A stretch of DNA of 64,000 bases, from positions 1 to 64,000 of IMG/VR virus record IMGVR_UViG_3300032308_001420. The stretch is one strand, 5' to 3'. Origin of the DNA: a virus (taxonomy: Duplodnaviria > Caudoviricetes). Position numbers and translations under genes: made by a program. Every line of letters starts with the position of its first letter. Positions within the stretch are counted from its first letter, which is position 1. Positions 1 through 8,356 of the stretch are shown in pieces. The notes under the pieces were generated by a model. The model worked only from the letters and a program-made list of their open reading frames with translations, ran no database searches and was not told where the DNA came from.

Positions 1-104
1 ATCTCTCTTGAACTAAATGAGATATCAAATCCAAGATCTATGTCGACATCGATTGTATCCCCATCTACAATTTTAGATACTTTCTTTACATAGTACTCAA
101 ACAT
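1..104 (-). CDS. Thermonuclease (SNase-like) protein, 5' part only (runs off the window)
   Basis: Manual translation from ATG at 104: MFEYYVKKVSKIVDGDTIDVDIDLGFDISFSSR, with the V-DGDT-I SNase motif; AAGGAG RBS just upstream. Confidence 0.8.
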   Translation of the reverse strand, partial: MFEYYVKKVSKIVDGDTIDVDIDLGFDISFSSRE

Positions 105-120
105 TTTATCTCCTTAAAAA

Positions 121-201
121 TGGAGCAGTTTATAGACATGCTCAGGTCCATCCTACGGGTAGCGACCCGTCGTCTGCGACTCCCCAGTGACGGGGTGCAG
201 A
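121..201 (-). ncRNA. Putative structured RNA: two hairpins plus a 3' H-type pseudoknot ending in CCA
   Basis: GC-rich island in AT-rich intergenic DNA. Stems TCTGC/GCAGA enclosing CCCC/GGGG, ACGGGT/ACCCGT, and pseudoknot GGAC/GTCT with GAGCA/TGCTC, followed by a T run. Confidence 0.5.
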
Positions 202-207
202 TTTATA

Positions 208-684
208 TTATACTATTTCTTTCTTCTTTTTACGTAACGATGGGGCAAATACCTTTTCTTCTGGTGTAAAAGAATCAAGTATGTCAAATGTCTTTGGCTT
301 TGCTTCTTCAGGTACATTTCTAATTACAAGTACTCTGAGTACACCATTTTCCATTACAACTCCAGTTACATCCATATATTCAGATAAAGAAAAGGTTCTA
401 GTAAATGACCTTGCTCCGATTCCCTTGTGAATATATTTAGACGAATCTTCTTTCGAAGAACCCTTAATTGTTAGAATATTTTTTTCTTGCTCAATTACAA
501 TATCTTCTTTTTTGAATCCAGCCAATGCTAGTTCAATCATGTAAGTATCTTCACTAACCTCAACCAAATTATATGGCGGATAGCTTGTTGAATTGTGCAT
601 TACCTTTTCGAGATCTTGAAAATGGCGATCCCAGCCAATAAAAAATGGATCCTTAAAAAGATCCAATGAGAATGTGTTAACCAT
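208..684 (-). CDS. hsp20: Small heat shock protein Hsp20 (IbpA-like)
   Basis: YPPYNL, IELALAGF, YIHKGIGARSFTRTF and NGVL motifs of the alpha-crystallin domain; GGAGG RBS. Confidence 0.95.
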   Translation of the reverse strand: MVNTFSLDLFKDPFFIGWDRHFQDLEKVMHNSTSYPPYNLVEVSEDTYMIELALAGFKKEDIVIEQEKNILTIKGSSKEDSSKYIHKGIGARSFTRTFSLSEYMDVTGVVMENGVLRVLVIRNVPEEAKPKTFDILDSFTPEEKVFAPSLRKKKKEIV

Positions 685-685
685 G

Positions 686-740
686 TTATTCCTCCTTCAA
701 GCGAATAATTTATTTTATAGGCCCTCAATTGAGCTGCCTA
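686..740 (-). promoter_or_regulatory. hsp20 5' UTR with a ROSE-like SD-sequestering hairpin and an upstream hairpin
   Basis: Minus strand TTATTC-G-CTT-GAAG-GAG-GAATAA (686-708) pairs over the GGAGG SD and contains UCGCU; second stem TAGGC..GCCTA at 718-740. Confidence 0.5.
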
Positions 741-745
741 ATACT

Positions 746-754
746 ATTATACCA
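746..754 (-). promoter_or_regulatory. Extended -10 promoter (TGGTATAAT) for hsp20
   Basis: Perfect TGnTATAAT just upstream of the structured UTR. Confidence 0.6.
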
Positions 755-762
755 TTTTTTTG

Positions 763-833
763 AGCGGATGATGAGAATCGAACTCACCCCTTCTGCTTGG
801 AAGGCAGAGGCACTACCAATATGCAACATCCGC
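763..833 (-). tRNA. tRNA-Gly (anticodon TCC)
   Basis: Acceptor GCGGATG/CATCCGC, anticodon arm TCTGC-CTTCCAA-GCAGA, T loop GTTCGATTC; CCA not encoded. Confidence 0.92.
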
Positions 834-837
834 AGAG

Positions 838-911
838 CACCCTCGGCAGGAATCGAACCTGCGACGCAGACCTTAGAAGAGTCTCGCTCTATTCCGCTGA
901 GCTACGAAGGT
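838..911 (-). tRNA. tRNA-Arg (anticodon TCT)
   Basis: Acceptor ACCTTCG/CGAGGGT, D arm GCTC..GAGC, anticodon loop CTTCTAA, T arm GCAGG-TTCGATT-CCTGC. Confidence 0.9.
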
Positions 912-919
912 AAACCTGA

Positions 920-1102
920 TTAAAAGATACGCTTCTTGTCTTGATCCATTTTTTTAGAATCTGATTCAGATGCATATAAAGCTCTCATCTGTGCTTCTGC
1001 TGCAGTTCTTCCAGAATGACATCCTACTAACTCACCAGTATCTTGTTTAACTACAGCATATCCGCTGCATCCTGCTGCATTTTGTTTAATTTGCCAAGGC
1101 AT
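920..1102 (-). CDS. Small phage protein (MPW..C.GYAVVK..GCH..A.AQ..ALY motif)
   Basis: GGAG RBS; motif resembles the N-terminal module of some phage head-maturation proteins. Confidence 0.75.
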   Translation of the reverse strand: MPWQIKQNAAGCSGYAVVKQDTGELVGCHSGRTAAEAQMRALYASESDSKKMDQDKKRIF

Positions 1103-1111
1103 ATTGTTCTC

Positions 1112-1450
1112 CTAGTTGTTTGGTATATCTGGATCATCCATTTGGATAAGCCCAAATTGTTTTGAAACTTTTTTTCCTTCTTCAGTTAATTCAAATGTGG
1201 GATTCAAGTTTTCGTCATATGTCACATTGATAAGGCCTCTATCATATAGCTCTATTAAAGAATTATCTACATGTTCTTGATGAGCTTCCCATAATTCTGG
1301 AGCCAATTCTTTTGCCTTTTCTGTAATTCCAAATATGAACTCTCCATCATCTTCAATTCCCGCCACCTCAATGGCTCCAATTTGTAGATAATAGTCTAGA
1401 ATGTCTCCATCTTCTGAATTCATATTCATATTATAGCGTACCATCTTCAT
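1112..1450 (-). CDS. Hypothetical acidic protein (possible winged-helix C-terminus); start may be ~1430
   Basis: Packed ORF; LIELYDRGLI..F.LTEEGK pattern. Confidence 0.7.
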   Translation of the reverse strand: MKMVRYNMNMNSEDGDILDYYLQIGAIEVAGIEDDGEFIFGITEKAKELAPELWEAHQEHVDNSLIELYDRGLINVTYDENLNPTFELTEEGKKVSKQFGLIQMDDPDIPNN

Positions 1451-1679
1451 TTTTGTCTATAGTGCTTTCTACTATCTGCTGTACATAATCAGAAAAATGC
1501 TTTCTTATGTTTCCAGATGGCCTAGATCCAAGGGCTTTCCACAGCCTTTTATACTCAATTACATTGGCAAATGTGGTGGGGCATAGCATTACCTCATTAT
1601 ATTCTTTTAAAACTGTTGGCAGCGGTACATGCTTGCCACAGCACTTACACTCCTTGGCTTTCTCTTGATATATGCTCAT
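1431..1679 (-). CDS. Hypothetical Cys-containing (Zn-ribbon-like) protein
   Basis: CKCC..LCPT motif; ATGA overlap with terL. Confidence 0.7.
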   Translation of the reverse strand: MSIYQEKAKECKCCGKHVPLPTVLKEYNEVMLCPTTFANVIEYKRLWKALGSRPSGNIRKHFSDYVQQIVESTIDKNEDGTL

Positions 1680-3484
1680 AGTATTGTCATCCCCTCTATT
1701 GCTTCCGCCAAATCATTCGGCATCCTTGGTGCTCTAATCATATTAAGAACAATTTCGCCATCTTCTCTTTTAAAATCTTGCTCGTAACTCATAGACTCAT
1801 AGGTATGTATATTTATTTCTTCATTATTGGAAAACTTTGTTCTGCTTATTGCATTATATATAGATCCACAAACAGCATCTGCTAAGTCTTTAGATCCTTT
1901 TCTAGGGTGATCAACTCTATCTCTCATTATTTTTAGCTGCAACAGTTCATCAATTAGAAGCGGTATGTGTGGTCCAACAACTCTTTCCTCCGCAACAATC
2001 ATTGCCATATCGTCATAATGTTTTTTTGCAACAGATAACACCTCGGTATTTACCCCGTACTGTTTTAACTGCTGCATCATGTCATGAGAATTCCAGCGGT
2101 CAAACGTGCATACTTTTATGTTAAAGCCCCTGGATCTCAAAGAAAGAATATAGTCTTTAACTTCAGTAAAGTCAACAGACTTATCTTTTGTTGGTGTCCA
2201 GTATCTGACAGCGTCAACCTCAATGATAGGCGCTGGCTGAGAGTAAGTATCTGTAACCTTTACGTTAACCCATTTTTGAACATGGGACATTGCAACTGCA
2301 CAATGGTCATGCTTTTGAGCTAAGTCTACGTGAATAAAATAAACTTTATCTGGATCTGGAGTAAACCACTCTTCAAGTCTTCCAAATGTATCAACTGCCT
2401 GTGCTCCAATACTAAATGCTTTTTCAATTTTCTCTCTTGATTTAAAGAATGCGTCAATGGATTCTGGTGGCATACAAGCGAATCTTGACAAGGCGTCGGT
2501 GGGATTTGTGTAAAAAGCTGTTTTAAAATCATCAATTGTTCTTACTGGGTTAATTTCCCAAGTTGGTCTCTTTAAAGCATAAACCTTTGGAATCTTGTAG
2601 GAAATAATATTATCTTCTTCCCATTGAATTTCAAATTCATTTCCATCTGTTCCGTCGGGAATGTCTTCATACATTTTAAACTTGTGAGTTCTTACAATAG
2701 TTTCTTTCTCTGCAACAACGGCATCGTATCTTTGCTGAATGTAATCGTTTTTATATCTTGGAAACGAAAGAAGAATAACTTTGCCAAAGTCTGGGAAACG
2801 TGAATCCACAGAGGCCCTGTACATATCATAGATTGCACTGCCAGTTTTAGCCTGCTCATGACCAGTTGTATTTTCAATACTAAATCCTGAAATTTCGTCA
2901 AGGATTACAACAATAACATTGTACCCTTCCCAAGCTTCTCTTTCTGAGTGGCCTGAGTGAACCGTAATTGCTTTATCAAACTGTATCTCTGATGCCTTTG
3001 CATTATATCTACCAGCAAACCATGGTGACCTGTCAATTCTTGTTTTAAATCCCTTGAAGAAAACATTGTTAGCCTGCTGAGAGTTAATGGCAATGTTAAT
3101 AATATCAATTGAATCTCCAGGTGGCTTTCCATAATAAGTTGCAGGATCTTTTAAACATAATAGTAAATATACAATATATGCAACAGCAATTGTAGAGCAG
3201 TAATCTTTGCCAGAACCTTTACCTAATTGTGCAACAACTTCATTAGCCGTTTGCTTAGCTATAACCCTTCCCTCATCTTCGCCAAACAATTTGATAAGGG
3301 TTGCCTCTTTATAAATTTGAGAACTTTTTTCAATTAAAGTATATTGAAATTCTGATAATGGTGGTAGACCTAAATATTCTGGGCTGTTAACAAAAGTTTT
3401 AAGGTCTACTGGCTTTTCATCAAACTCTTCGCCATCTAGTATGTCAATTAAATCTGAAAAATCAAACGACATCTGCATCCTCAA
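1676..3484 (-). CDS. terL: Terminase large subunit (likely start MSFDF, ~3469)
   Basis: Walker A-like LGKGSGKD, Walker B VILDE, RNase H-like HVDLAQKHD, FDRWNS and DHP..GSKDLADA. Confidence 0.92.
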   Translation of the reverse strand: MRMQMSFDFSDLIDILDGEEFDEKPVDLKTFVNSPEYLGLPPLSEFQYTLIEKSSQIYKEATLIKLFGEDEGRVIAKQTANEVVAQLGKGSGKDYCSTIAVAYIVYLLLCLKDPATYYGKPPGDSIDIINIAINSQQANNVFFKGFKTRIDRSPWFAGRYNAKASEIQFDKAITVHSGHSEREAWEGYNVIVVILDEISGFSIENTTGHEQAKTGSAIYDMYRASVDSRFPDFGKVILLSFPRYKNDYIQQRYDAVVAEKETIVRTHKFKMYEDIPDGTDGNEFEIQWEEDNIISYKIPKVYALKRPTWEINPVRTIDDFKTAFYTNPTDALSRFACMPPESIDAFFKSREKIEKAFSIGAQAVDTFGRLEEWFTPDPDKVYFIHVDLAQKHDHCAVAMSHVQKWVNVKVTDTYSQPAPIIEVDAVRYWTPTKDKSVDFTEVKDYILSLRSRGFNIKVCTFDRWNSHDMMQQLKQYGVNTEVLSVAKKHYDDMAMIVAEERVVGPHIPLLIDELLQLKIMRDRVDHPRKGSKDLADAVCGSIYNAISRTKFSNNEEINIHTYESMSYEQDFKREDGEIVLNMIRAPRMPNDLAEAIEGMTIL

Positions 3485-4004
3485 TCACAACAGATTCAAC
3501 AATTCCTGTGATTTGAGATAATCTCTTAGCTACCTCCATCTTACACTTAGGGCAGGTAGAAGTAACCTCTTTTAATATCTTAACCAGAATGTCTTGCTTT
3601 CTTTCTGTGTCAGCAATTTGTGTTGCAAGCTCGGCGTTGTCTAATAAACCAACCTGCTGCAACATACCAATTCTTTTTGTTTCAATGTCTGAAATTAATT
3701 TTAAAGCAGTGGCCTTAACATTTAGCTGGCCAGATTGATCTGCGTCTTCAACCGTCTTCCAGGCCTCTTTGATAAGCATTGCATAGTGTTGGTCTGCACC
3801 AGAGATTGCCTCCTTAGCACGTTCTCTGGAAGATGTATCATTATGAATTACAGACTTCCATTCATCTATTAGCTCTACAACTTCGCCTCTTTTAAATCCA
3901 GTTATCGTAGCAATTTGTGTTGGAGTGCTACCTTTGAGAAGTTCCTCAACAACTTTATTCATACGATCATAATGATCTGCTAATTCAATTTCGATTGTAA
4001 TCAT
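3462..4004 (-). CDS. HTH protein, probable terminase small subunit
   Basis: N-terminal HTH (TPTQIATITG), helical body, CPKC near the C-terminus, directly upstream of terL. Confidence 0.6.
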   Translation of the reverse strand: MITIEIELADHYDRMNKVVEELLKGSTPTQIATITGFKRGEVVELIDEWKSVIHNDTSSRERAKEAISGADQHYAMLIKEAWKTVEDADQSGQLNVKATALKLISDIETKRIGMLQQVGLLDNAELATQIADTERKQDILVKILKEVTSTCPKCKMEVAKRLSQITGIVESVVIEDADVV

Positions 4005-4323
4005 CCTCTATTCTTTGAATATCATCTTCGCCAAAATAGGTACCTGTTTGAACTTCTATAAATTCTACAGGGCTATGTTGAGATTCTATTCTATGAAGAT
4101 CTCCAGCTTTTATATCGACCGAATGTCCTGGTGACATAATTCTACTTACTCCGTTTATTGTTACATAAGGATTACCAGAAACTATAAACCAATGCTCATG
4201 TCTTTTTTCGTGTTTTTGATAGGATAGTCTTTGTCCAGATTCAACATAGATATACTTTGTCTTATGGTTATTAGATTCATTAAGAATTTTATAATAACCC
4301 CATGGTCTATTCTCTGTAGTCAT
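3985..4323 (-). CDS. Mannose-6-phosphate isomerase type II-like cupin
   Basis: RPWG, RLSYQKHEKRHEHW, HRI and EVQTGTYFGEDDIQRIEDDY match the ManC C-terminal cupin. Confidence 0.88.
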   Translation of the reverse strand: MTTENRPWGYYKILNESNNHKTKYIYVESGQRLSYQKHEKRHEHWFIVSGNPYVTINGVSRIMSPGHSVDIKAGDLHRIESQHSPVEFIEVQTGTYFGEDDIQRIEDDYNRN

Positions 4324-4338
4324 TATGTAATTATACTT

Positions 4339-4683
4339 CTAGTCGACTGAAATAGCAAGTTTCTTAGCAATTTTAAGTAAGATTAAATAACCAATCATAT
4401 CGTCAATATCATTGTCTCCTGCAAAACCAGAGCCATTTTTGATTCTATTTATCTTATCATCAATACGAATTTTAATCTGCTCTTGATTATCCGCCTGAGA
4501 AAATATTCGAATAGGAGATAAAGCCGAATCTCCATACGAAATGTTTTTCTTAATTAGCATCTCTGCAATATCAAGGCACTCTCTAATAATTTTATGTCCT
4601 GAAGGTGCACTTGTTGCAATTAGTTGTAGATCTGTTACCCATGCTTGATAGCTATCTTTGTTTGGATAATCTGTTCCCACCAT
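4339..4683 (-). CDS. DUF1599 / nucleotide-modification-associated domain protein
   Basis: KKN.SYGDSA, IRIDDK..RI and D.IGYLIL motifs. Confidence 0.65.
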   Translation of the reverse strand: MVGTDYPNKDSYQAWVTDLQLIATSAPSGHKIIRECLDIAEMLIKKNISYGDSALSPIRIFSQADNQEQIKIRIDDKINRIKNGSGFAGDNDIDDMIGYLILLKIAKKLAISVD

Positions 4684-5345
4684 TATTCCATCTCCTTATA
4701 TAGTTGTTTAAGACCCTTTAGCGTTCCTATATCCATATATTTTCCACCTGGTCTTACCGCCCTAACATCTAAATTCATATCAAGCCACTCTTGTATTTGT
4801 TTTCCTGGATGCTCTAATTCTATATCTATGTATCTTATCAAATTTTTGCGGAATAGCATAGTGCCCCACATGTGTGGATATTCACAAGAAGAATTCTTAT
4901 CCATGGAAGAAAGTACTTTATCTCCAGATAATAATACCTGGCCCACCCTTCCTTTTAGATCATCGCCGCAATCCCATGTTCCAAGAACAAGATCACCTGG
5001 GGAAGCCATCATTTCTTTGTATATATTCTTTTGTGTTCCATGAATGTATGTGTCTGGCATTCCAATTAGAACTGTATCGTTATAATCCCCAACCATAAAC
5101 TTTACTGCATCTGACATGGTGGATGGCTCACGAACAATTAATTTAATATTCATATCCATGTTCTGAATAATTGGAACCCACTCAGCTCTTGTTGAAACCC
5201 TTACCTCATCACAAACTTCTAGCATTTGCTCAACGTGCCATTGAAGTAGACATCTTTCGTCAGAAATTGGTAGACAAAATTTAGGTATGCCACCTACTCT
5301 TGATGCTTTTCCTGAAGCTGGCAATATTCCTATCGTTGACATCAC
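4683..5345 (-). CDS. Sugar-1-phosphate nucleotidyltransferase-like (NTP_transferase)
   Basis: ILPASGKASR.GG.PKFCLP signature, GMPDT, YMDIGT. Confidence 0.85.
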   Translation of the reverse strand: MMSTIGILPASGKASRVGGIPKFCLPISDERCLLQWHVEQMLEVCDEVRVSTRAEWVPIIQNMDMNIKLIVREPSTMSDAVKFMVGDYNDTVLIGMPDTYIHGTQKNIYKEMMASPGDLVLGTWDCGDDLKGRVGQVLLSGDKVLSSMDKNSSCEYPHMWGTMLFRKNLIRYIDIELEHPGKQIQEWLDMNLDVRAVRPGGKYMDIGTLKGLKQLYKEME

Positions 5346-6100
5346 TTATCCCAATCATGAGGATTAAATCCTTTAGGATAGGATTCATTTACTCTAGGAT
5401 CTTTTTTCCAAGCAATCCATCCTTCTTCTCTATCGTCTCCCCAATATAGATGAACTACATCTCTATCTAAAAGCCTTTTGGCATCTTCTCCGTGAAAAAT
5501 ATAAACTTTATTATCTTTTAAGAATGGCATTTCAATAAGCTCTGGAGCCCATTCATTAATGTGTTTTTGATATGGCTCTACTCCAAGTTCACGGTATAGG
5601 GCATCTGTAAACATTTGAACGTCAGTATAATAATGAACCATATGATTATGCTGAACAATTCCTTCAGAACATCTTTCAACGCAAAGGTCTATCGCTGCTT
5701 TTAACAGTGGGTGCCCAGATTTAGCAGCAATTGTTTGAGTTGCTAGCCAAGGTGTGTCTCTTTCTATATCTAAAATCATATCGTAATCAGAATTTAACCA
5801 AGTGTCTACTGGTATTTTGCAGTGTGTATCCATGTCTGCATATATTCCGCCATGAATATAAAGAATGGCAAATCTCCACAAGCCAGCCTTCATTACTCCC
5901 AGAGGCAAGTTTACATAAGTCTCGTATGTCTTTAAGTCAAAGTGTTCTTTGAAAAAATCTTCTCTGTCCTGTCCGCTCATGTAGCCATGAACCCATTCTG
6001 GATTTTGATAAGTCCATGTTCCTACGCTTTCTTTAGCGTAATGTGGCAATTCATCAAAAGTTGTTTCATAGGTCTGCCAAATCTTTTTTTCTATACTCAC
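5342..6100 (-). CDS. Glycosyltransferase, GT32/OCH1-like (DXD)
   Basis: IEKKIWQT, WRFAILYIHGGIYADMD, HPLLK motifs. Confidence 0.88.
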   Translation of the reverse strand: MSIEKKIWQTYETTFDELPHYAKESVGTWTYQNPEWVHGYMSGQDREDFFKEHFDLKTYETYVNLPLGVMKAGLWRFAILYIHGGIYADMDTHCKIPVDTWLNSDYDMILDIERDTPWLATQTIAAKSGHPLLKAAIDLCVERCSEGIVQHNHMVHYYTDVQMFTDALYRELGVEPYQKHINEWAPELIEMPFLKDNKVYIFHGEDAKRLLDRDVVHLYWGDDREEGWIAWKKDPRVNESYPKGFNPHDWDK

Positions 6101-6101
6101 A

Positions 6102-6248
6102 TTATCTCCTTTTAATTAGCTGAAACTGATCTAAATATCTCTGTATGGTCATAGCAGAAACATTGCACTCTTTTGCTATCTCTGTAACTGTTTTCTTTTG
6201 AACAACGTATCTTCTAAATAGCCATTCTTTGCTTTGATATAACTTCAT
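6102..6248 (-). CDS. Small HTH DNA-binding protein (48 aa, not in ORF track)
   Basis: MKLYQSKEWLFRRYVVQKKTVTEIAKECNVSAMTIQRYLDQFQLIKRR; fills the gap with an ATGA overlap. Confidence 0.8.
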   Translation of the reverse strand: MKLYQSKEWLFRRYVVQKKTVTEIAKECNVSAMTIQRYLDQFQLIKRR

Positions 6249-6811
6249 CTTTGAGTCAATACCTTATTTGCATAGTGTGCAATTCCAAATGAATCAGCAA
6301 CGTCAAAATCTGTTATTGAGAGAGAGTATTTGTTATTAAAATAATCTACTGTCCTTTGCTTACGCATATTTCTTAACTGAGTTTTATACCATGAGTCTGC
6401 ATATCCTGGGTTCTTTACTCTAATCGCCTGTTTTTCATCTTTTGTTGGGTTCTTGTTTCCAATATAGGCTTGCCAAGAACTTGGAGATATAGTAATAACC
6501 TTAGCTCCAGTAGACATCAACTCAGCAATAACAACTCCATAAACATATGACAATTTTATCACAGCATCAGGAGATCTGACAAGTATGGCGCCCTCTACAA
6601 CTATATAGTCTGATTTTAATTCATCAAGCATCAGAGCCATTTTCTTTTTAGCGTCATATATTTTTTCGTATATGTCCATGCCCACTAAATCTATCTTGCC
6701 CCATTTTAATGGTTTATCATTTTCCATTAAACAAAAGGCAATTGAATTTGTAGACGCATCTATTCCAAGGACTCTATGTGCCTTTGTTTTGACTAACTCA
6801 GCTAACTTCAT
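6245..6811 (-). CDS. ruvC: RuvC-like Holliday junction resolvase
   Basis: VLGIDAST, IVVEG and DVADSFGIA catalytic acidic motifs. Confidence 0.8.
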   Translation of the reverse strand: MKLAELVKTKAHRVLGIDASTNSIAFCLMENDKPLKWGKIDLVGMDIYEKIYDAKKKMALMLDELKSDYIVVEGAILVRSPDAVIKLSYVYGVVIAELMSTGAKVITISPSSWQAYIGNKNPTKDEKQAIRVKNPGYADSWYKTQLRNMRKQRTVDYFNNKYSLSITDFDVADSFGIAHYANKVLTQR

Positions 6812-7076
6812 CTATCATCCCCATTAGCTTTTTTTTATTATTTATATTAATTTTCTTTTCGCAAGATGAGCATATGTCAGACTGATTATATCTACTTAAC
6901 TTAGTCTTACACTTTGAGCATGCCCTAAAAGCACCATTTCTAATAGCTTTTTTCTCGTAATACTTTTCCATAATACGCTTGTTTGTTGCAACTCTGCAAC
7001 ATTCATCTGAGCAATATTTTTGATTATGTGTCTTAGCATCAAACTCCTTGCTGCATTCTTTGTTGTTACATATCAT
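6798..7076 (-). CDS. Hypothetical Cys-rich Zn-binding protein
   Basis: Several Cys pairs, QKYCSDEC. Confidence 0.75.
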   Translation of the reverse strand: MICNNKECSKEFDAKTHNQKYCSDECCRVATNKRIMEKYYEKKAIRNGAFRACSKCKTKLSRYNQSDICSSCEKKININNKKKLMGMIDEVS

Positions 7077-7864
7077 ATAACAGGCACCTGGAATTTTTCA
7101 ATCTGAACTGTTCCCACTGGCCCACCCTTTTCATAACATTCTTTTTTAACTGGGCAGTAGGTGCATGGCATCTTTGATTTTGTTGCACCAGCTGGACGCA
7201 TAGGAAGATCACCATTTTGAAAATTATCCCATACCTCCTGCATCCACAAAAATGTATCCTCAATTATCTTCTTATTCTTCTCGTTCATTGAGACTGGGAT
7301 TACCAAAAGCTCCTGAGTGTTTTTATTCTCATAAAGAAAGAATCCTTCCCTTGCATTCTTTAACTTCATATAAGTAAGAAGCTGCAGCATATGGTTTGCA
7401 GATGATTTCATTTCCGCCTGTCTTGTATCCCAAACCTCTTGCTTTGCCGTTTTAATTTCACCGATTACTGTCTCGCCATCGTACTCCATAATCAAGTCAA
7501 TGAATCCTCTAATTGGAGGATACTCATTAATAATTTCTTCTTCTTCAGCTCTCCACTCAGGCATTGTCTTAATTAAGTTTTGAAGTCTTTCATGAGCTTG
7601 TGTACCCTGAGCCATATTAGCAACAGCAACAGCATCATTGTCGTCAATAAACATAGCACCGCTAAATGCCATGTACCAATATCTTGGACATGTTCCATGA
7701 CCATATCCAAGTGAGCTTGGGCTAAATGATTTTTTTGTCATCTCGCCGTCTGCACGTTTTGTATTTCTATACGCCTCGTCTAGCAATAAAGCAAACTGCT
7801 CTGGATCAAAAAACTTTCCAGTATGTTTTTTAAACTTAAGGTTCTTTACTATATCTCTACCCAT
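7073..7864 (-). CDS. Cas4-like PD-(D/E)XK exonuclease
   Basis: CPRYWY, GT..H, GFIDL, EIKT, QLLTY, C-terminal CxxCxxxxxC cluster. Confidence 0.85.
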   Translation of the reverse strand: MGRDIVKNLKFKKHTGKFFDPEQFALLLDEAYRNTKRADGEMTKKSFSPSSLGYGHGTCPRYWYMAFSGAMFIDDNDAVAVANMAQGTQAHERLQNLIKTMPEWRAEEEEIINEYPPIRGFIDLIMEYDGETVIGEIKTAKQEVWDTRQAEMKSSANHMLQLLTYMKLKNAREGFFLYENKNTQELLVIPVSMNEKNKKIIEDTFLWMQEVWDNFQNGDLPMRPAGATKSKMPCTYCPVKKECYEKGGPVGTVQIEKFQVPVI

Positions 7865-8021
7865 TAGTAAACCTAAACACTAATGCTGCACCCAACCAAA
7901 TCCCAACAATTCCCATTACGGCTGGAAAATATGGTGGTGCTGGTACTGGCAGCTTAAAAGCTGCAAATATACCGCCAAGTACTGCGCCAGTAAATGTTGA
8001 AAGCAATATGTCTTTTATCAT
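7857..8021 (-). CDS. XapX/DUF1427-like small membrane protein (54 aa, not in ORF track)
   Basis: MIKDILLSTFTGAVLGGIFAAFKLPVPAPPYFPAVMGIVGIWLG..., with the LPVPAPP signature; TAATG overlap. Confidence 0.78.
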   Translation of the reverse strand: MIKDILLSTFTGAVLGGIFAAFKLPVPAPPYFPAVMGIVGIWLGAALVFRFTNG

Positions 8022-8356
8022 TATGAATTATACCTAACCACGTATTTAAGTGCATCTACTAGTTTGTCTATGGACTCTTTTAAAGAATAGTAAATATTCT
8101 TCTTATTATTATTTTCAGTACCAGCTTTATCCTTAGCAATTGTAGAATAAACAGATGCCAATACAGCAAACTTAGTTGACATTGCCTGTAGCTCCATAAT
8201 TAAATGCGGGGCCTTTGCAGAAGGTACATCTGGATTCATAAGTATTTTTACAACAATAGCTAATGCCTTATCTAGATGCTCATCCTTCATGAATTCATGA
8301 AGATCGTTAAACTCTGTTATGTCACTTATTAATTCTAAGGTATTCTTGTCACTCAT
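8021..8356 (-). CDS. Hypothetical helical phage protein
   Basis: Packed ORF with GGAG RBS. Confidence 0.75.
   Translation of the reverse strand: MSDKNTLELISDITEFNDLHEFMKDEHLDKALAIVVKILMNPDVPSAKAPHLIMELQAMSTKFAVLASVYSTIAKDKAGTENNNKKNIYYSLKESIDKLVDALKYVVRYNS

Noticed and set aside
121-201. Calling the structured element a tRNA or tmRNA
   Set aside because: No T loop (TTCGA), no cloverleaf and no tag ORF; kept only as an unassigned structured RNA
729-923. 64-aa plus-strand ORF
   Set aside because: It is the antisense reading of the two tRNA genes
7073-7864. Cas4-like gene as evidence of a CRISPR-Cas system
   Set aside because: No array or other cas genes in the window; solo Cas4-like nucleases are common in phage recombination modules
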